This document shows positions 57,067 to 64,000 of a DNA stretch of 64,000 nucleotides, in pieces. Made by a program: the position numbers and the translations under genes. The stretch lies in assembly GCA_045837725.1 (NCBI GenBank), contig JBEWZL010000152.1, positions 186,001 to 250,000 on the forward strand. The letters are read 5' to 3'. The notes under the pieces were generated by a model, which worked only from the letters and a program-made list of their open reading frames with translations, searched no databases and was not told the DNA's origin. Source of the stretch: Vermamoeba vermiformis (taxonomy: Eukaryota). How positions within the stretch are numbered: the first letter of the stretch is position 1; each line of letters opens with the position of its first letter.

Positions 57067-58672
57067 TTAAAGTTCGTCCTTGTCTTCAGGGGCAGCGCAG
57101 CTTCAGCTTCTTCACCCTTAGCTTCAGCCTCCTTCTTTTCCTTCTCCAAGCGCTCTTCACGCTCCTTCTTCTCTTGCTCGTCTTGCTTGTCCTTCATTTC
57201 CTTCTCACCCTTCTTGGTCTTCTCGAGGGTTTCCTTGGCGAACTCACGAGCCTCTTCTTCAGAGTCGGTGATGATGATGTTGTCGAAGATGGAGCCAGAC
57301 TTGACTTGCCAGATCTCAACGGCGACGGTCTTGAAGGAGTCGTAGGCGTAGAGCTCAGCGTTGGGCTTGTAGTCAGGGTTGGCAATCTTGGGGTGGACCC
57401 ACTCGCCCTTGTAGGCAGGGTTGGGGATCTTGCGAGCCTTCCACTCACCCTTGTAGTCGGGGTTGGGGATCATAGGGGCTTCCCATTCACCGTCCAATTC
57501 GTCGTCCCAATCTTCAGGCTTCTTGGCCTCAGGGTCAACAATTTCAGCGGGGATGTTATCGTAGCCTTCAGGCTTCTTGTCCTCAGGGTCGTCAATTTCC
57601 TTCTCGTCAACCCAGTCGGCGGGCTTCTTGGCGGCGGGATCAGGGATCTCCTTAGGAGGAAGAATATCGAAGTCAGCTTCCAAAGAGCCAGTGGCCTTAG
57701 AAACGCCGTCAACGAGAACCTGTTAATAATAATTATTAGTATTTTGATAACGTGACGTCGCACAGCTCAAAGTACGAAAATTTTTGGCTTGGATTGAGAC
57801 GCCCAAGCCACAAATAACGAACTAATTATCGAATTATGCATAAATAATGATATATTAATATTGTATAAATATTTACCTCGAAGGTGTTGTCAGGGCGAAC
57901 AATGAGGGTGTACAAGTGAGTAAACTCATCAGTCTCGCAAGGGATCTCCTTCTTGACCAAGTGGTTCTTGCCGTCGTGCTCGAAGATGACGTGGACCTTG
58001 CGGGTAGAGGAACCGCAAATATCGGGACCGAACATAATGCTAAAGAATGCTACGTCAGTAATCTGATTCGTCACCAAAAGATCGTTGAGCTAAAAATTAA
58101 GAAATATTTTGATAATAGCGCTAAGTATGCGCAAGCACTTACTTGTACTTGGAGTCACCGTTGAGGGTCTTCTTGTCAACGCCAGCGGGGAAGAACTTAA
58201 GGTATCCACCACCGCAGTCGAGTTTTTGTTGGTTCTTCAAGCTGTATTGAAGGACGAGGGTCTTACCCTTGTTGCTGAACTCTTCGTGGTCAGCAGAGAT
58301 GGTGTAGAAACGGTAGTCCTCAGTAGTTTGCAAACCTGAACCGAATCAGATCAGCACAAGGTATTTTCAGAAAATATTAAAAATTCAATAGAAACATACC
58401 CTTGTCGGCTTCTTCGTCGTTGTAGAACTTGCCGGCAGAGACGGCGAATTTACCACGAGTACCGGCTTCCTTCCACTCAGATTCAACCCATCGGTCTTGC
58501 CAGTTACCTATCAACCGCTTAGATTAGCACCGTTTCATTAAAAGAATTCTAACTGCTTCGAGGTGCCCTTCAAGGAGCTAAACTTACCGTCAAAGGTTTC
58601 CTTGAAGTAAACGTGGGCAGAGGCGAAGGCAACAACGCAAACGAAGATGGCAAAAATGGATGCGAGTCTCAT
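57067..58672 (-). CDS. CALR: Calreticulin (apparent 1-nt deletion near 57097 puts KDEL out of frame)
   Basis: Signal peptide, VYFKETF, LDCGGGYLK, IMFGPDICG, P-domain repeats (IPDP..KKPADW, KKPEDWDDELDGEWEAP), EIWQVKSGSIFDN; PEDKDEL* in the adjacent frame. Confidence 0.97.
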
Positions 58673-58988
58673 TGTTATTGACGACGCTTGGTCTGTGTAT
58701 GTCGAAATAAACAATAAAACAAAAGATTCGACGCAGCTTTTTTTCTGAACAGCGCACCAACACGTCATCAAAAAACAACCGACCAATCAGAAGCGTTTAA
58801 AAATAAAAAATCACGTGCCCGCTTTCCTTGTGAGCCAACCGCAATCTTCTGATAATCCAGCTAATTGTAGTGATGAACATAAGCAAAAAAACGATTTTTA
58901 CTTGGACGCTAATATTTTACAAAAATTCTGGATGCGATCTAAAAAAAATTTGTGGTCAAGTAATTTGCTTTCAGAAATAACCAATAAT

Positions 58989-60629
58989 TTATTGGTCGTC
59001 CATTTCGTCTCCAATATTTTCTAACAGATAGTTGGCAGCAAGTTGCTCATCCTTATCGCAGGCGAAGAAAGCTTCAATAACCTTTGAGCGAGGGAATCCA
59101 AGTGTGCACAACTGTAAATTCATTAGTAATAGCCAATAAGTATATCATCGCTTAGTACGTACTCTGTCAATAGCGGCCTTCTCTTCAGGAGAAACTTGAA
59201 TGTATTGGACGCCAGGGGGAGCACCGGGTTGGCCACCAGGTTGAGCGCCAGGTCTAATTGGGCACGATTAATTTCAACGTCTAATGAACGATACAGCCGT
59301 TATTAATATGGTACGTACTGAGGGGCGCCACCTTGAGGAAGAGGGCCTTGCAACAATCGAATAAACTCTTCTTGGTTTTCGTTGATCATTGTCAAAAGTT
59401 CGGGGTTCGATTGACCCAACTGTTGCAAAACGACTTGTAAGAGTTGAGGATTGGCTTGGACCATCGCTCTGAGAGTTTGGAATTGCGGGTGTTGAGTCAA
59501 GAAATCAAAAGTGCCTTGGCCACCAGGTCCGCCTTGAGCGCCCAACTCTTCCTCTTCTTCTTCCTCTTCCATTTCTTCGCCTACAGCCACAACGTTAATA
59601 TTCATCGTGCACTACCCAGGCTTATATTATCGCGACATACCACCGGGTTGCATCATTTCTTCGCCACCCAAACCAACTTCGGGAATATCACCCTGTTGCG
59701 ACAGTTGTCAAAACTCTGAGAATAGCGGAACAACACTCAAACTACTTACGCTAAGCAAGTATTGAACGGCTCTGTCGGCATTGTTGAAAGCGGCTCTGAG
59801 GGCCTTGATGACTTGTTCACGAGCGAAGCCCATTTCCATCAAGCCCTTGACTTGTTCTTCAAAGGCGGAGTTTTCAGCGCCTGAACCAGTGGAAGCAGTT
59901 TGAGCGGTTTGAGGTTGAGTAGCAGGAGTGCTGGGCTTTTCTTCGGGTTTCTTTTCTTCGGGCTTGGGTTGCTCGCTGAAATTAAATTCCATTAGGCGCC
60001 AGAAAAATTAAAAAAAATATGTAAAGGCTACTTACGCAGGCTTTGGTTCTTCCTATACAATTTTAATAATGAAGCGTTAATATAAATCATTTACGTAGCG
60101 AAGTAACTGGTTCAATAAATATTTTTTGACTTCGATCCGCAAATTATTTTAACGTGGCGCGGGGTTTTGGTCGAAATTTTATGGCTAAAAATAATAATTT
60201 TCAATGTTAGTAATATTAATTTACCTTAGTGGCGGGAGCAGCGGTTCTTGGCTAAAACAAGATTTGATTTAGTTTCTTATTTCGATAAGCGAGTATAGAA
60301 GAATAAACGAGATCGCAATATAAATTATTAGTAACACTTACCGCTTTGGCAATTAAGACAACAAAGTCACCGTCCTTAATTCCACAAGAATCCAAAGTTG
60401 CAGCACCATCAAGAATTTTTCCGGAGAAAATAATCTTTTGCCATGCCTTTTGGTGGCCAGCTTTAGCTTCGATCTTCTCTTTTAAATTATCGACCTATTT
60501 TTATTTTCAAATAACAGATTAGTCTTGTCAATTCTAATTCTGAACTATTTATCGCTTTAATACCGTTTCAAAAGGTTCAACGTCGACTTCAAATTCACCT
60601 TCTTTAACTGTTCTGACTTTGACTTTCAT
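58989..60629 (-). CDS. RAD23: UV excision repair protein RAD23 (UBL-UBA-STI1-UBA)
   Basis: [11 protein letters not shown]...[44 protein letters not shown]1 [20 protein letters not shown]2 [26 protein letters not shown]. Confidence 0.96.
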
Positions 60630-61421
60630 TTTACTGTGTGTGGTTGTTAAATTTGGCTAACAAAGAATAATAGAAAATTTTTGTCATCACTCAACTTATT
60701 CGCTGAATCACGCGGTCTTGACGAACACATTTTAATGTCTGCCTATTTATACACGAATAGACAGGAGTTCAAGCTAACTTAAACTTCGCTTGCAGCGGTT
60801 GACAGAGGGAAAGCTTGGATCCGATCGTCCAGGTAGTGAGCGTTGCACTCGCAGAATGATAACACAAATTTGAAATAATAGAGTAATGCTGCAGCATCGT
60901 GCACATACTAATAATAGCTAAAAATTATAAGGCAACCGGCAGTAGATACAAAAACAACAAAACTGATCAATTAATTTTCAGCTCTTTGAATTAACCTAAT
61001 TTTAACATGGGATCTGTCCAACATCATTGTTGAATGCGGCAAAATAATTAACCCATTTTTCTGGTGATTCTAGCTTCGAGTTAAGATCGTAACCGGATTG
61101 CATTTTTTTGGAGCCTCAAACATAAAGGCAACGAACTTGCAGGCAATTATTACTTCGGCGCCTTAATAAGTTGTTATCATGATACCTGTTTGAGTATTAG
61201 TAGTACCGCAAGGCAACACGGTTTCCGGAATAAAATGTTCGTTCGGATTCAACCAATTTTATTTAACAGAAGCACACAAGTCAAAGAAAATGATCACGTA
61301 TAGTTATTAATACAATATGCATTGTGCGCTTATATTATACTTAACCCTTAATGACACTCTACACATTGGATCTACTCCTTCAACACTTTCAAAATTCACT
61401 AATAATAGAATAAATTAAAAT

Positions 61422-64000
61422 ATGGCCGAACCTAAAGAAAAAAAGTCAACGTCTATGAAGGACAGGCTGTCCAAGTTCCTTGGCATACCTGTCGAAGAGA
61501 AATCCGGACCCGATCTTCCAGAGATTATTAAAGTCTACGAACAGAGCAAAGAAGCGGATAAAAAAATAATTGCTGAATTATTAAAGACATTGAATAAGAG
61601 CAATCCAATTGACGTGCGTATGGCAATCGTGAAGGATTTTTGTACATTTATTCGGACTCACAGGTATGCAAAATAATTCTTATATTGCTTCGTATTAATG
61701 TAATTATCTAGTTATCTAATATTTAAAACATTTTATGCCATATAAATATAGCTTTACAAATTTAATTAATTGGATTTGGTACTGATCTGTTCTATTTTCA
61801 GAGTGGATGATCCTCGCATTGTCAGATCGTTATGGGTCGCATTTGAAGACTTTTTCAACGAGAACAGATCACGAGATGTTCATAAAGTAGGCTTCCTAAT
61901 GATGCAAGCAATGATCGAGGGACAGTACGATCGTCTGCAACTTCTTAGACCAGGTAAGCTTTAATGACGCAACTATATAAAATGAATATGTTATAATTAT
62001 ATCAATATTCTCGCAGAATTCTTTCGAGTCATACAACGAAGTTCAGATGCGTTCGCTGAGAAGTACTTGTCCATGTTTGCATTGACCAATCGGGGCAAAG
62101 ATATCTCACCATTTGAAGTAAGCATTATAATAAATACTACGCGACAAATTTATGGCTGAGGAAGGACGGATCTAACAATATTTTCGCAGGACGAAATTGG
62201 CTCTTTATATTCAGAGTGGCTAAATATCGAGTCCGATCATATTAAGCCTCTTTTGACATTAGTCACGAAGACAATCAAATACAGTTTCGCATTGATCGAT
62301 GAGCCGAACAAAGATTTGATTATTAGACGTGTTTGCGAGATCTCAAACTCTGCGTTGGATGTCGAGGTCGTTGAACGCTGCTTAAACTTACTCGAGGTGC
62401 TGGTACGTAGTATAATATATTAATAGTATTTCTAACGATCTTAGGTCTTACACGGCACCATTCCGGCCACGTGTTTAATGCCGATAATTTCGTCGTTGTG
62501 CCGTTCAGTGAATATCGAAAGATTCAGCACGATCAGCTGGCAAGTAATGCACGCTATATTGCAAACACATTGGGGCTATCAAGGCATCAAATGTCTTTGT
62601 TCATTGTTAGACGACTCGAACAACAGATCCCTAGTCAATTTACTTCGTGGCGCCGTGTTCTTTTTGAGCATGTCAGTTTGGGGATTCCAAAAAGTTCCAA
62701 ATCTGAATGTCAGCGCCACGACTATCTTGCCTTCATTGTTGAAAGTCTTATCTGGACGACAATTTATCGTGGCGTACGAAGTCGTCTTGGGCGTCAAAAG
62801 ACTCGTCAAGAAGTAAGTCCAAAATGATTTCCTTAATGACGCGATATTAATATTCGTGTATAGGTACGGGGCAGAGCTCAAGATCGAGTGGAACGTCATA
62901 TTCAATATCTTGTATAGTCTCAAAAGTTTCATGACTTCGACACCTGTCAGCGAACACACGTCACTTGTTGTAACCGTTCGAGAAATCTTAACGATGATAG
63001 AAGGTATGTCGAATGATAATATGATTCATAACATCTTTATCTTATACTTCATTTACAGAGTGGTACAAAAAGGGTCAATTTTTCGGTGATGACAAATTGC
63101 TGTTCCAACTGCTTGAAACATATGCCGTTCATAGACCAGAAGAGTCCACGTTCTTTATTATGGACAAAAAGATTGAAGAGATCAATCCTGCTAATGAACG
63201 ATGGCTTGATAATTTAGAACGATTAATAACGGTCTTTTTCGTCAATGACAAAAGAGTGCGCGTTCGTGAAAAGGTACCGTAATAAATATTTTCTTATGAA
63301 TATAATAATAACGCTATTATTAGGCATTTAATATCTTGCGTCAAAAGTTTGAAACGTTCAAGTTTTTGTACGGACCTGAAATAGCTCAAAAAGCTATTGT
63401 TCCAAACTTTGGTATGTTGCATACCGAAACGGATCCGACAATGCGAGATATGTAAGTTGACAAATATGAGGGTTAAATGCAGTACTAACGATTAAATTAA
63501 CTAGGAGCATTGCTTTTCTGGTCAATGTAGCGGAGAACTTGTACAGTTCGCAATTCTTTCAAATTATAGACCTTATTTATCAGCTTGCAGCAAAGTAAGT
63601 CCATAGTAATATAACTTGGTGGATAGACATTAACGGATATGATTGTTTTACAGTCCAAGCGCGAGCACAGAAACGCGCATTATTGCTACAACAGGCCTAT
63701 TGAACGTTTTTAAGACGAAATTCCCGTTCAAACGATACAACCAGACACTGTATATATTCGAAAAGCTGGTTAACTTAGTATCAGACGAGGAATTTGAAAT
63801 AAGGTACGTTGAATCAAACACAGATCTGCAGAACTGAATTTGTAACGCAATTTCCTTTTTAGGAAAGAGGTATTAAGCAAACTGCTGCAGCTTCGCGCAA
63901 ACGAGAAATATGAAATAGTGCTCGACGGAGTCACGTGCATTTATCTACGATGCACTCAGACAAACAGGACTTCCATTGGCCTATTTCCGATGACCAACTT
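61422..64000 (+). CDS. TSC2: Tuberin (TSC2)-like, 5' portion, runs off the window
   Basis: SMKDRLSKFLG N-terminus, IEGQYDRL..LR.EFF..I, SWQVMHAILQTHWG, LLRGAVFFLSMSVWG, IVAYEVVL..KRLVKKYG..L...W and RPEES resemble the tuberin N-terminal region. Confidence 0.85.

Noticed and set aside
57033-57755. 240-aa plus-strand ORF
   Set aside because: Antisense shadow of the codon-biased calreticulin exon.
60730-61260. Possible ncRNA (U1-like ACTACCTGGACG, RNase P/MRP-like GGAAAGCTTGG, hairpins, T7 run) between RAD23 and TSC2
   Set aside because: Motifs are on inconsistent strands or in the wrong order and lack the other required elements. An Infernal/Rfam scan would be needed.

Overview
Gene-dense (~25 genes), AT-rich, intron-rich eukaryotic nuclear DNA in the standard genetic code, with short GT-AG introns and a few GC-AG introns. 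It is most consistent with an amoeboid protist, possibly an amoebozoan; that is inference only. Recognisable genes: NMNAT-like, makorin, RluA-family pseudouridine synthase, three tandem N-myristoylated F-box/pseudokinase paralogs, CHD1L/ALC1 with a C-terminal BRCT-like domain, SARAF, RCHY1/Pirh2, a selenocysteine MsrA with a clear SECIS, a Cys-rich surface protein, a GH16 glucanase, two duplicated F-box genes flanking a PA-like/7TM protein, a DOMON/Cu-monooxygenase, PARG, a NEDD8-like protein, a class III aminotransferase, calreticulin, RAD23 and the 5' part of TSC2. The standout is a spliced 878-aa gene (50735-53559) that fuses a complete bacterial-type Hen1 (N-terminal ligase-activating domain plus 2'-O-methyltransferase) to the Pnkp RNA-ligase domain, a putative one-protein 'methylate-and-seal' RNA repair enzyme in a eukaryote. 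Also notable are an orphan protein with polymerase/Thg1-like palm motifs and a TTAA-flanked MITE-like element. Several isolated 1-nt frameshifts (e.g. calreticulin KDEL out of frame) suggest residual assembly indel errors. All calls come from manual motif recognition and hand splicing; no searches were run.
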